Origin: Seison nebaliae
Taxonomy: Eukaryota
DNA length: 34,923 bases
NCBI GenBank assembly: GCA_023231475.1
Contig: JALJEE010000850.1
Location: forward strand, 1-34,923
Direction: 5' to 3'
This document shows, in pieces, positions 10,861 through 23,302 of the stretch. The position numbers were made by a program, and so were the translations under genes. The notes below the pieces were generated by a model. That model was given only the letters and a program-made list of their open reading frames with translations. It was not told the origin of the DNA and searched no databases. How positions within the stretch are numbered: the stretch's first letter is position 1; every line of letters starts with the position of its first letter.

Positions 10861-13800
10861 TTAAGGTAGTGGACATGCCATTAATATATGAGGATTCATT
10901 TGTCTTTCCCGACATGCCTCACCAGTCATCAAGCGACATGTACATCTGTCGGTGTCAAAACCATGTCCTCTCGGACAACGTAGTGCTACATGAGTCGTTC
11001 CTGAACAGACGTGATAAAGACTGCAATCTTTCATGTCTCGAATTAACCATACGATCGATTTAGCATCTTGTGCAGTTAATACTCGACTTGTTTCGGCTGG
11101 TGCAAAAGATTCTTCGATGGATTGCCGAAGATAATTGTTGATTTTCGGTTGATAAATATAACGACCGAGTAAGTTCTTAGGCTTCGTCGAATTTCCATTG
11201 GGATGTTTGAAATATGAGTTTTTTGAAAATTTTTTAGGAAATTTTGATGATCGTCGTGATCGTTGTCTTTCACGTTTCCACTCTCTGGAATAAATGGATA
11301 GATCATGAGAGAATCCAGGAGATTGATTGGATGACGACGCTTTGCCGAGTCGCTCGTTTGTTAAGAAGTTTCTATAATCAAAATATTTGTCTGGTACCAT
11401 TTCGGTTCTTCTTGCACTAATGCCCATTCGAATTCGTCTTGCGCGCAGTTCACCACCGACCGGTAACGCTGCACATGGATTATATTCCTTATTCTTATTC
11501 ATATCCTTCATTGATGGTAATTGTTTACGTGGAATATTATTTGGTGGAAGTCGAAGATATTTTTTATTCATCATTGAGGATAATCCTCTTGATGACATCG
11601 GAGTAGTTGTGGTGGATGTTGTTGTTGTTGTTGATGAAAGATGTTGATGATCATTTCCTAACGTTCGTAATCGCTGTGTTGTCACAACTTTAGCAGCCAT
11701 ATAATTTAGAGCATTTTGAAAATTATTCAATAATTTAGATCGTCTCGTCTCTTTAATATTTTTCTCAGATAATGAAGAGAATGGCAGTCGTTGTGGAAGT
11801 AAATTTAATGAAGATCTTAATAATGGATAAGGTCCATCATTACACATATCTCCATTAAAATCATCCATATCAATCGTCCAAATAAATGCTCCACCTAATC
11901 TCATTGAAACTACATAAGCAGTCTGTGAAAAGGAAAAAATTGATGACTAATATATAAAATGTGAATAAGAACTTTCAATTTAAAAGATGTGGCGTCATCA
12001 TATGTGATCCATTGAGATGCTCCATCTCCTCCTATTAATACAGGTACCTCAGCTGTAGGTATCCAAAATCGAGTATAATTTGAATTATCACGATTAATTC
12101 CGGGCAATTTGCATAATTCAAAATATGCAAGAACACCGGGAGATCTTGTATATTCTCCACCAGTACCATTACCATACGACTCCACATCCAATAACGAAAC
12201 GGAACTTGCAGGATTCATATATTTCATTTGCCGTATTTCTGGCTTTCTTCCATATCGAAATGGATGAACATTCTTCTTGTGCGGCTCCAAATTGAATGAA
12301 CGTCCATAGGCAGCTAAACCTAAAATCAATTTTTCACTTGGAGCTCCAGCCATTATCCAATGTCGAACGGCCCAATCCTTATTTTAAAAAAAATCAATTA
12401 TTTAATGAAGAAAAAACAATTTATTTTCTACTAAACGACATTCTTTGTTGCTTCAAGCAAATCATCATTCTGACGACGATAAAGTTGTGTATGTAGACCT
12501 GTACGATTATTCCATGGACCTCGGAAATCGAATGCCATCAAGTTGAGGTGATCCAGATATTTTGAAATTTCTTTCACTTCATACGCTTGAGTTGCTACAA
12601 CAACATCACCTGAAACAGCTGCCGATATTTCCAGTGGTGGGAGGTAGAGATCAGCCGCTTCTCTCAAATCTTTCAATAAAAGAGTAAACGCTTTCCTATC
12701 CGATTGTTTGCCACCACGCGTTGTAGGGAATTCCCAGTCAATATCAACTCCATCAAATCCATGAGTGACAGCAAATCTATGAATAAGAATTTCTCTAAAT
12801 TAATTTTCTCAAAATTTTAAGTTTAACTTAACAAGATCATTCGATAAACGATGTCTCAATCTAATATCACTAACGATATTCGACCATTTTCTACTTTCCA
12901 TATTCCACCCACCCACTGCAATTATCAATTTTACTTCCGAACGAATCGCATCTCGTAATTTCCTCAATTTCTTATACAATTCTAATTAAATAAATTAAAT
13001 GAAGAACGAAAAGAAAAAAAGATTAACTAAAATCTTTTGGTTCTATTGCTTCTGCCAACATGGGAATCTTAAATTTCCGATCATTCAATAATGATGATGG
13101 AATCTCTTTAAAACCAGCGAAGGCAAAAACAATATGACTACACATATTCAAGGCAAGAGTTATATGTTTCTCAAACACAAATTTCCCTTTTGATGGTCGA
13201 TATTGGGACCAGTTACTGACATAACAAATCTTTTTATATTTCTTTGGAATGTCGACGTTGTTAAAGAGAAGATAATGATCATCATCATCATTCAATCGAT
13301 CAATTCTCACTTTCATGTTAGAGATTCTCAGAATTTTCGATTCATATTCATCACTTTTCGTTTCACTCTCATATTCCTTTTTCTTCCTTGAATACTTCTT
13401 CAATTTCGATAATAATTCATTGAGATTAATCTGATTATGGAGAATGTGTTGAGTGGGAAGTGAATATTGTCGATTGTTGTCAAAATAAGATTTCAATTTC
13501 ATTACCGTTTCCACTAATTTCTTCTCATTCTCACTCGTATGAGAAGCGGGATTATCGTTCTCATTTTTGGATCTATCAATAAATTTCTTAATTTGATTTG
13601 CCAACAACATTTCCTGAAGATTATTCAATGCCTTCTGTGTCAATTGTGGACGTGGTGGATGTCCTTTGTAAGCGATCGGTTTACGTATTTTGTGAATAAT
13701 CGATTTTGGAGTTGTCGTTGGTGATTTTGTTGATGGTATATGATGTGGCACTTTTCTAGGTTTGACATAATATGGATTATTTGGAGTTGAAGTTCTTTGT

Positions 13801-14279
13801 GGAATTTCATTTAATGTTGTCGCTTTCTTTTCTAAAATATCTAATGAAGCAAGTAATGCTTTCAAATTGTCTAGACTCCAATCACTAAAATCTTTCGTAT
13901 TAGCCAAAGCGTCGATGACATTCTGCAAAGCTTTGTCATCCTTAATCGTCTCATCGACATGTTCGTTTGGCTTTTTAAATGATCTTTGATCAGTGAAAGA
14001 GTGTATTAATTCCTTTGTATCTAATTGTGGTGATTTGTTCGATTTAGATTCCCATTCACATTGTTGTGTATTCTCATTGAATTGTAATGGTTGGGGACAT
14101 GATTGAGCAATGGCATCACGTAACTTCTCTAATTTGCATGGGTAGAATTTGGTGGGATTTCTTTCGTCGGCACATAACGGTTCTCCAGCAGTGAACTTCG
14201 AATTACGAAATGTTCGCGCATCTTTTCCCATGATGATTCCATTTACAACGATATTTATCCATAAGAATATGATAAACAT
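10861..14279 (-). CDS. GH18 chitinase with N- and C-terminal CBM14/peritrophin-A-like modules, ~1070 aa, 5 exons
   Basis: Motifs KKICYVSNWSQYRP, CSHIVFAFA, KLIIAVGGWN, intact catalytic FDGVDIDWEFP, LNLMAFDFRGPW, KLILGLAAYGRSF and LGGAFIWTIDMDDF. Cys modules FYPC..CPQPLQFNENTQQCEW and DCSLYHVC..CPRGHGFDTDRCTC. Introns 12982-13027, 12777-12827, 12378-12436 and 11923-11972. Confidence 0.95.
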
Positions 14280-16090
14280 TTCTAACAAATTAGAGTGAAG
14301 GGAAATGATAATCGACTGACTCAAAATGTTATTAGGGAAATGAGAGAAAGTTAAACAGAATGAAAAAAAATAGATATGTTTTATTACGAAACTTTATCTA
14401 GATGATATCTGTATCTACTACCACAAGTGAACGAATTGTGATGGAAGAAATGTTATACGTCACATTACGACGGAACCCGATCAATAAAGGAAAAAGAATA
14501 GATAAAATGTCAATTGAAAAAAAAATGTGAGATCAGATAACAAAGACATAATGGAGTGTAACGATGAATTGATCGACATGCGTCACTATCGATTGTCCCC
14601 CTCTTAACTCTTACCATCAATTACACAGCATCGATGGAATGAAAATTGGACATAGAATCGAAAAGAAACATTGTTCTTCAGAACGTACTATCTTAACAGA
14701 AAATTAAGGATGGACGAGAAAGGAACGTTTAATAAAATATATTACTGTCAAATTGAAGATAATCGATGTATGAATGGAGAAAGAAACCGAATTCTCACTG
14801 ACATGACAATGACTCGTATTCATAAGAGAGAATATCTATCACGTTCCTGTTCTATTTCATTAACTGAATAATGCGGTCGACTTGGTGACACAAACAATAA
14901 CTACATAATTCTTATAATTAACTCATCCTTCTTCTCTATCATCATCATCATCATCTTTATCAATGCTCCTCCCCTCTTTTCTTCAAAAGATATTGGAATT
15001 ATTATTATGTCTTATAATAAATCTCAATTGTTAATTGGAAAGAATAAATAGAAATCGAAGAATCATTTTTTTTTTAAATTGACATTCTTCCCTAATTCGT
15101 TTCTTGTTCTTTCCAATACGATTCATATTGATAATTTCATGAAAATATGTCTAATCTATTTTCAATTATTTATTAATCCACATATCCACGTTGTATAAAT
15201 TATTTCCAATCTTCACTTTAAGATTAAAGACGATAATTGATTGAATGATTGATTGATAGATGAATTTCACAAAAAAAATAATGGAAGAATAATTGGAGGA
15301 ATATAAAGGAATGGAACCGAATTCAATTCCGTTGGGATGGAACTTATGGATAATTGAAATTAGAATAACGATGAAACGGATTATCTTCTCCTGTTTATTC
15401 ATCAATATTAATTGCCGATTGTTCGATGATATTTGATGGCATAATTTGGTAAATGATATGCGTCAATTGCGATTCAGCTTTTCATAAGAGATCGACATTT
15501 GACTCACTTTTGAAGAAAAAGAAGAGAAACGATTTATAATAATTGTAAAAGACTATTTTCTTCTACTTCTTTCAAAAAACTTCCAAAAGTTTCTTCTATT
15601 TATATTGAAAGATTAAACATAGAAAAAAGGAATCATTATGAAATTCTTTATTAAGTAACGACCAAAACAACTTCCTCTGATATTTGAGATTGGCACTCAT
15701 CTCCATCCACCAACATCCACGACGAAAGAGTGAGAACGTAGTAGATAAATGGTGAACTGCCATTTGTAAAATTGATCCCTTCCTCCACTAATTTCTTTCT
15801 TTAATAAGTCGAACGATGTTGAGAGGAAGCAACTCTCGAATTGAAGAATATCATTATTGCGAAGAGAATCATGAATCAAATTTAAGATAATAATGAATAG
15901 ATTTCACATCATCTGTCGTCTTTCATTTTCTCTCATACTATTTCCGTTTAGATTAACAGTCATATCTCCATCACCTTTATTTCTACCGTTTCGAATTGAG
16001 GACATAATTAATTTTCATTCTCCCAAAAGTAAAGATAATATAAGGAATTTATTTAAGGAAAAAAAACAAGAAAGTAAATATTAGATAACA

Positions 16091-18700
16091 TCAATTATTT
16101 CCATGATCCGAATTGGGTAGATCGTGAGAAGCCGAATGGATTTCTGGTGTATATGTAGCTAACACGAAGAATACCCAAATATGTAGTAGAATCTACAAGA
16201 AATAGTTGAATAATATTTCGTAATGATTTTTGTCCAATTCATGGATCATGTAGGTGGATGAGAAGAGAAATAATTCGAGAGGATTATTTAGGAAGGAAAG
16301 GAAAAAATTTCAGTTCCAGTAGAACAGTTATTTATCATGCATCCCAATGAAAATTAGGACAATGTTAACCACAATGTAAATTGAAGTGGATCATACACAC
16401 ACACACGCACATATATATATATATATATATATGGATAGATAATTAAAAGATCGACAACACAAAAGAATGAGTGTTAATATTTTCGGTGGAATGGTAATAG
16501 ATATCCACGTGTGAATCGATCGATAATAGATCGATAATATCAGTCAATAAAATGTTATTGATTCAATTAGGGAGGTGAATAGAAATTGTTATTTTTTCCA
16601 CAAATCCAAAAAATTCCATATGTTCATAAGAATACATTGAAAAATAAAAAAATGAGAACAATTAAAAGTTTGTTAAACAGAAGAAATAAAGAAACTAACG
16701 AAATATCCAATTAAACATAATCTAGCTGTTGTAAAATGACGTAAGGATGATATGCCACGAAATACTAAAGTATCAATCATACGAATAAAACGTCGAATCT
16801 GATTCAACCAATTCGGATCGCGAACACGTTCCCGTAATAATTGATTGGCACAACTATATTGATTTGCATTATAAAGTGAAGTGTATTGAGTATTGATATC
16901 TGTGAGATATTTATTTTTGGGAAGAATATTATTATTGACATTACGATTATCCAAATCATCGTCATCGAATGTTATTATTCCATCATTGTATTGACGACGA
17001 CGCATATCATTTATTCGACGTTCTTCACTCAAAGACATTTGCAATTCCTGATGTTTGAGATTCATTTGTTTCAATTGTTCTTCCAATAACTTCTTTTCAC
17101 TTAACACCATTTCAACTCGTTCATTCTGTTGAACTACTGTCGATGATAAACCGTCAAGACGGTTTTGAAGATGTTGATTGATTGTTGCAAAAGTCTCTTC
17201 TTTTTCTTTCTCCATCTGATTATTCGATCGATTGAGAATATTTCTCTCAATTTTTTTCATTTCATCTTCATCTTTTCTCTGTTCGAAAACTATTTGTTCC
17301 TTTTGTTCAGTGAGAGAGAATAATTGTTCTTTCATTTCATCTACAACAATTGCAAATTTAACAGAAACTTAATGAAATTTCCAACTTTTCAATTTGTTTA
17401 TTAGAATATCTTTCTCTCTTATGTCTCTCTTATCTTTGTCGTTCTGTTCAGAGAACGTACTAAATATCTGTTCGTTCTTCAATCGTAACATGTTTATTTC
17501 CTTCGAAAACAAATTAAAAGAAACGAACGATAATGAAAATTGGAAGAAAAGAAAAAAATAAACATTATCACGACGATCTAATTCTAAACGTAGTTGATAA
17601 ATAACGTCATCAGAATCATTTGAATTGAATTCATTCGTCAAATCGGTAGAACCAGATTGTTTTCTTGCCATTGAATTATTATTCAACATTCGTTGAACTT
17701 TCTGTTTATATTGATTAAATGATTTAATTATGACGCGATTCTCATTTTTCGCATTTTTCAAATCTTCTGTTAATTCCTCATTCTTCTTCATTTCTTCCAT
17801 TAATTGTAAGGAAATACCTTTTTTCGCCGTTTCAAAACCTCCTCTCAATTCCTTCTCCTCTACAATCTCCTTCTCCAATTTTGTTAAACGTTCGAATTGT
17901 TGCCGTTTCGTCTCCTCATAATCTTTCAACAATCTTCGTTGCATTTCAATCATTTGTCGGAGACTATTCACATCTTTCTCGGTCGATTGATCAATTTCTT
18001 CTGGTTTCGATTTCGATAAAGTTTGTGACGAATGTCCTTGATGTTCTTGTTGTTGTTCATAATGAATATCTTTTTTTTCCACAACAACTTTTTCTACTTG
18101 TTGCATTGGCTTTTCGAATATTGTCTTAACAGAATGAATTTTTTCCGATTCTGTTTTCAAAAAATTTTCAATCTCATTTTCAGATGAGAACTTCGAATTA
18201 ATCACATCAGTAACTTCGATGGAAGAAGATGTTTCTGACTCTTTTCGAGAATTTGTTTCAGAGAATCGATTAATTAAATCATCTGATTTATCTCCAGTCA
18301 TTTCTGAATTTGTTGAGAAAGTTAATGGAACGTTTTCATCTGCAATTTCTTCTTCATGAAAATTTTGATGATCATTTCGATCGAATTCATTATCCATCTT
18401 TATCTTCACAAGCGATAGCACATCATTCGATGATTTCTTATATAGTTGCAAAGACTGGCATTTCTCCTTTTCATCATCACCCACTTTTGTATCAAATTGA
18501 TTGAATGATTTGGATGAACGTAATTGATTTGCACTATTTCCACCGTTCGACTGATTATCATCATTTGAATTGAGATTATTATTATTATCAGAAGTAACTA
18601 AATTTAATGATTTAGGTGAAGCTGTATCGTTAATGGCATTGGTTGCCGATTGATCTAATTTATTCACCAAATCTTCAGCTTGCTGCAATATCCAAGCCAT
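16091..18700 (-). CDS. GOLGA5: Golgin-84 (golgin subfamily A member 5), ~664 aa, 4 exons
   Basis: N-terminal MAWILQQAEDLVNKLDQSA and a long coiled coil. The C-terminal anchor LRHFTTARLCLIGYF|ILLHIWVFFVLATYTPEIH is completed by a last exon at 16192-16091 that the ORF track lacks. Introns 17501-17563, 17341-17385 and 16193-16699. Confidence 0.92.
16395..16432. repeat. Compound (AC)n(AT)n microsatellite inside the 507-nt golgin-84 intron
   Basis: Sequence reads acacacacacacgcac followed by 11 AT units. Confidence 0.9.
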
Positions 18701-18980
18701 ATCGATACCTTCCTATTATGATGATAATGATACGCGAAATTTTTTAAATTGTTGAATTTAGTTCACTTTCAAATTTTTCAATAATTTGAATATATGATTT
18801 GAAAGAAATATAATAACGACGACATTTTAGGTGAAATGAAAATGTGATTATTAAGAAAATCCTCAAAATAAAAATTAATAAAATTGGAAGAGAATTTACC
18901 CGTTTCGATAGAGGGAGACGACAAACCAAATTATTGGCTTTCATCCAAACATTTAAATTTATTCTTCCTCTCCCAAAATT

Positions 18981-19728
18981 ATGAACCATCCCTCACACTT
19001 TGAGAAGAAGCGATTAAATGGTAAGACGATTAATTGGTCGACAAATCAAAATTTGCCACAAATGAATCAATATCAGAATCATCATCAACATTCCTTAGAA
19101 GAACGAGAGCAATTTGAAAGAAAACATTCAGAAGAAGTGAAAAATCATTCCAAATATTACGATTTCCAATTAAACGAGAATAATCATCGAAATGAAGTTG
19201 AGGAAGAAGGAGACGTCGATATAGAGATAGAAGAATATGATGGATTGAATGAATCAGTAATTGATGAAGGAAGACGAACGAAAGGACGAGTGAAAATTGA
19301 AATGGAATATATAAAGAATAAAGTGAAACGTTTCACAACATTCTCCAAACGGAAGAGTGGACTCATGAAAAAAGTTCTTTTAATTTCATTCCCATTTTAT
19401 TTCACTCCTAATTTATTAGGCATACGAATTATCAACATTGACAGGAACGGAAGTTTTATTGTTAGTAGCTAGTGAAACGGGACATGTCTATACATTCTCA
19501 ACGCCTTCTTTTAAACCCATGACTACTAGTCGCGAAGCGAAAAGTTTAATTCACATGTGTCTCACTCAGAAGAAGAAAGAAGGAAAATCGGATGAAAATT
19601 TCATGTTCAATGAAATTAATTCGAATTCATCATCCTCTGATGATAGTTCATCTGATGATCAATTAATCAATAATAACATTCATCAGTTTAATAACTACAA
19701 TTTGAATAGTACGATTGGTGAGAATTAG
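18981..19728 (+). CDS. SRF: Serum response factor-like type I MADS-box transcription factor, ~233 aa, 2 exons
   Basis: RTKGRVKIEMEYIKNKVKRFTTFSKRKSGLMKK|AYELSTLTGTEVLLLVASETGHVYTFSTPSFKPM matches the SRF MADS/SAM core. Intron 19374-19419 (GTTCTT..TAG) is fixed by this motif. Confidence 0.95.
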
Positions 19729-20272
19729 GCAATTTTTTATGTAATTTCATTTCATTGATAACACATCGAACAAGGATTAGATATTCGGTTTTCATTCTTT
19801 CCATCAATCCCATAAATATAATTGAATTATGATGAATTGATCTGAATATTATTTATAAATCTAAAACTTCATTTGGATACCTCGTTTTATCATTTCTCTC
19901 TTGGACTGCTATGCAAATTATTCGAAATAAACATTTGAACTTTTGTACAAATATTTGACGAAAATGATTTCGTTCAATTATAATTGAACTAATTCAATAA
20001 TTATTGATATTCCCTTCAAATAATTTCTGTGATTAATATTTGTAATTAAAAAGAAAATTTGAATGAATTGTTGTTTTATTGAGCAACCAGTTGAACAAAC
20101 AGGAAATTAGAATTAGATCTGATTTATCATTCTTAGCGAATTTCTATATAAGTCGTCGTTCAGCCAATATTTGTAACATTTTCTATTCATTCAAATTGCC
20201 ATTAAAATGAAATGAAGACAGAGAGACATTATTAAGTTACTATGGGACGGAGGAATACCAATAACCAAACAA

Positions 20273-20884
20273 ATGGCAATATTGTTAGACCGGGAACTGC
20301 TGGAGTGGCTAAAGACTCTAGACTTGACGGGGGGACTACCACAAACAAATAAATTGAAATGGCAAATGCGTAACGGATACCTGGTGGCAGAAATATTCAA
20401 TCGATATTTCCCCGAACATTTTAGTATGGACGGGTTTGAAGACACTCCATCACTACCAACAAGATTAGCGAATTGGGATCATATAAATCGGAAACTGAAC
20501 AAAATGAATGAAATCACATTGAATTGTCAACTGGTGAATGAAACGATTCATGGGAAAGAGAATGCAGCAAATTTGTTGATGCAAGATTTGTACGAGAAGA
20601 TTAATTCATTAAAAGATCCTCACGATAACAGATCGTTAGATCCGAAGATTTTTACCGATTATTATTATCAACAAACTCTCCCCAAACACATGAGATCGAC
20701 AGCATCCCGAACAATCCAATCGAACGTCAAGAAGACTGAATTGCAAACGAGACCTGATCAAATTTTAATTAAAAATAAGATAGAGAAAATATTAGAATTG
20801 AATAATCAGATCATTCATCAACATAATGTAATTGACGATAATCCAATTTACAAAAAATGTGTTAGAGATATTGCTCCAGATTAG
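20273..20884 (+). CDS. SPATA4: SPATA4-like calponin-homology (SPEF1/CH_2-type) domain protein
   Basis: LDRELLEWLKTLDL..NGYLVAEIFNRYFP..F..SLPTRLANW is the CH-like domain. FTDYYYQQTLPKHMRSTASRTIQSNV resembles the SPATA4 C-terminal block. The 3' end is uncertain (see findings). Confidence 0.8.
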   Translation: MAILLDRELLEWLKTLDLTGGLPQTNKLKWQMRNGYLVAEIFNRYFPEHFSMDGFEDTPSLPTRLANWDHINRKLNKMNEITLNCQLVNETIHGKENAANLLMQDLYEKINSLKDPHDNRSLDPKIFTDYYYQQTLPKHMRSTASRTIQSNVKKTELQTRPDQILIKNKIEKILELNNQIIHQHNVIDDNPIYKKCVRDIAPD

Positions 20885-22946
20885 AGGAAGCAGCATTGAA
20901 CAATTCGGATTCATCTTTTCTATATTTCTTTATAAAGTTTCTTATATAATCTAAATATTGACATCGAATTAATTCAACTAATTTCAACCATTGACTTTCA
21001 TATCGAGCATACATCGTTTCATGTACTGTCCGTAACATTGTCAGTAGAATGTTCGTTCCCACTTCAGCATTCACTTCTTTCGAATTAATGAAAACTGCGA
21101 AGAATCTCCAAACATCGGAAAAATCGTTAGTTTTCTTTGAAATGCTTCGTTGGTGTCGATCAGCGATAAATTGATTAATTGAGAAATGGTAATTATTTCG
21201 ATGAAATGGAATCCAATGTGGATTTGTTAATAGTTTCCCATAAAAATTTACTAAACTCAAAATGTTCGTTAACCAAACATCAGCCGGTTCCAATTGGCCA
21301 TTGGAAGAAATACGTCGTCCCAATAATGACCAATAACCTTCATTACTTCCTTCGAATAAATCATAGTCATTTTCATCAAATAATTTATAATTATCTTTCT
21401 TTATCGGAATATATGGAAGTAGAAGTGGCAGTTTACAATATAATTTACCGACTAATATTGGCTGGAAAAGATTTGGGGAGAATTCTACGAGAAATCCTAA
21501 AATTTGAGAATAAATTTTCGAATATTTTTCATTCTTCACCATTTGCACTTCGGATTGAGCGAGAATACCATCGATAATTAACACACAAACTAAAATGTCA
21601 CTATCATTAAATTGTGTCAAATTCAAACAATCCATTGGACCTCCATCTTTATATTCAGCAACATAATCACGACAATAAATTGGTGTGGTTCCCTCAATTA
21701 ACACTTTGAATAAATCGACTGCCTTCCCTCGTCCATTTACATTATAAACTGCATTCAATACTACTGTAATAACTTGACTTAAATTCTTCCTGAATAATTT
21801 CCGTAAAGGGAAACTGTCATCATAGAACGATTCATTCACCAAATCAATGATTGATCGAGTAAATTTCTCAATTTTTCGAAAATTTTTTTGGAGATTTCTA
21901 TTGAAATCAATTGTCTTTATTTCTTTTCTCTCTATTTTTTCTTCCGCTTCTGGTTTTATCGTCAACTCCTTTTTCTCAATCTTCTTTCCAAATATTAATG
22001 GTTGCTTAATTTGAATGTTCTTTTTATCGATGAAAGAAGCAAAGGAAAATTTTGGTTTATTATTCTCCTTATCATCCTCCGTCATCTTTCCCGTTTTATT
22101 CGTTGGTAATTCATTAATTAATGTATCGCTAGACATATCCAAATCGATTAGATTTGACTTCTGATTTTCGTCAATCGATTTTCCATTTTCAATATTTTTA
22201 CTCACAACGGTGAATGGGGTTATGTTATCATTTTTGAAGTATGAAGTAGACAATGGAGAATCTTTGATAATCGTCGTGTTCTTCGAAGAGAAAATATCGG
22301 TTGAATTTGCTGTAAATTCATCTGTAGAATATGTGTTATTACTTCCATAATCGGTTTTAGGTGAATTTCGTTCCGATCCATCTTCCTCTGATGTCGAATC
22401 GCTAATAGATATTGAGGTGGAAGTAGTGCTAAAAATATTTGAGCTACTGTTGTTCCTCCTCTTGCTTTTGTTTGATTCCAGCAATGTCTTTAACATTTCC
22501 AGAATCTTTTCCGATTCTGTGTTTGGAGATTTTTCTGATTTGGTTACAATACTTTTATATTCCTTCGCATAACTACTGTCATTTGGGAGATTTTCGAAGA
22601 GAACCTCATCTATTTTATATTTCAATGTCCATAATACATTCCGATAAAAAGCATCTTCGGGTTTTAAAATTTCATCAGTTTGTATTCCAATCGTTTGATA
22701 TTTCTTCTCAATCACCATTTCTTTCTCTATCATTTCCATCACTGTTTGCACTTCTATATCTCTCACGAGACATTTATGCAAAGGAACTTCATTATCCTCA
22801 TTCAGAATGGAATTATCCTCTCCAATGGAAATTTCCAAATTTTCCAATTTTAATTTAGCCACTTCATCTTCCGTCTTCTCATTGTTCTTCCTTAAAGATT
22901 GATATATATAATAATCTCTACTATTTTTTGTAAAATTATGTTCCAT
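20862..22946 (-). CDS. GLE1: mRNA export factor GLE1-like, 694 aa, intronless
   Basis: The C-terminal WRFFAVFINSK..TNILLTMLRTVHETMYARYESQWLKLVELIRCQYL..SNLEQYL and GKLYCKLPLLLPY fit the GLE1 helical domain. The N-terminal half is low-complexity and divergent. Confidence 0.8.
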   Translation of the reverse strand: MEHNFTKNSRDYYIYQSLRKNNEKTEDEVAKLKLENLEISIGEDNSILNEDNEVPLHKCLVRDIEVQTVMEMIEKEMVIEKKYQTIGIQTDEILKPEDAFYRNVLWTLKYKIDEVLFENLPNDSSYAKEYKSIVTKSEKSPNTESEKILEMLKTLLESNKSKRRNNSSSNIFSTTSTSISISDSTSEEDGSERNSPKTDYGSNNTYSTDEFTANSTDIFSSKNTTIIKDSPLSTSYFKNDNITPFTVVSKNIENGKSIDENQKSNLIDLDMSSDTLINELPTNKTGKMTEDDKENNKPKFSFASFIDKKNIQIKQPLIFGKKIEKKELTIKPEAEEKIERKEIKTIDFNRNLQKNFRKIEKFTRSIIDLVNESFYDDSFPLRKLFRKNLSQVITVVLNAVYNVNGRGKAVDLFKVLIEGTTPIYCRDYVAEYKDGGPMDCLNLTQFNDSDILVCVLIIDGILAQSEVQMVKNEKYSKIYSQILGFLVEFSPNLFQPILVGKLYCKLPLLLPYIPIKKDNYKLFDENDYDLFEGSNEGYWSLLGRRISSNGQLEPADVWLTNILSLVNFYGKLLTNPHWIPFHRNNYHFSINQFIADRHQRSISKKTNDFSDVWRFFAVFINSKEVNAEVGTNILLTMLRTVHETMYARYESQWLKLVELIRCQYLDYIRNFIKKYRKDESELFNAASSNLEQYL

Positions 22947-23302
22947 GACTAAACCAAATACCTTTATCTTTCTCTATCCAAGAATAATTTCATGAGACTG
23001 TTTAAGAGTTTCGACAGAAAAACAGACTGAAGCTTAAAATGCACCAGATTTTTTTCGAATTAACAATTTGTCGTGTATTTTAAGAATAAGAACAACAACC
23101 GAGTTTTCCAAAAGAAAGCTTAAAAATAACATGAAAATCTTTATCTTTTTCGCTCTATAAATATTTTTTATTTCACTACGAATCTGAAAATAATCTCACA
23201 TTGATCATTGAAGTAAATATTTATTTTTTTTTCTATTCAAATAAATTATTCTGATTCCTAATATATCTTTACAACAGCATTTCCAACCCAAATTAATCGG
23301 TG

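Noticed and set aside
14330..16090. Short ORFs between the chitinase and golgin-84 genes
   Set aside because: 60-80 aa, no motifs and composition typical of AT-rich non-coding DNA. No convincing RNA gene or hairpin was seen.
17501..17563. Hydrophobic stretch VYFFLFFQFSLSFVSFNLFSK looking like an internal TM helix in golgin-84
   Set aside because: It is a 63-nt in-frame, stop-free, T-rich intron (GTTTAT..AAG).
18926..18937. CCAAATTATTGG upstream of SRF as an autoregulatory CArG box
   Set aside because: The A/T core is 8 nt, not the 6 nt of CC(A/T)6GG.
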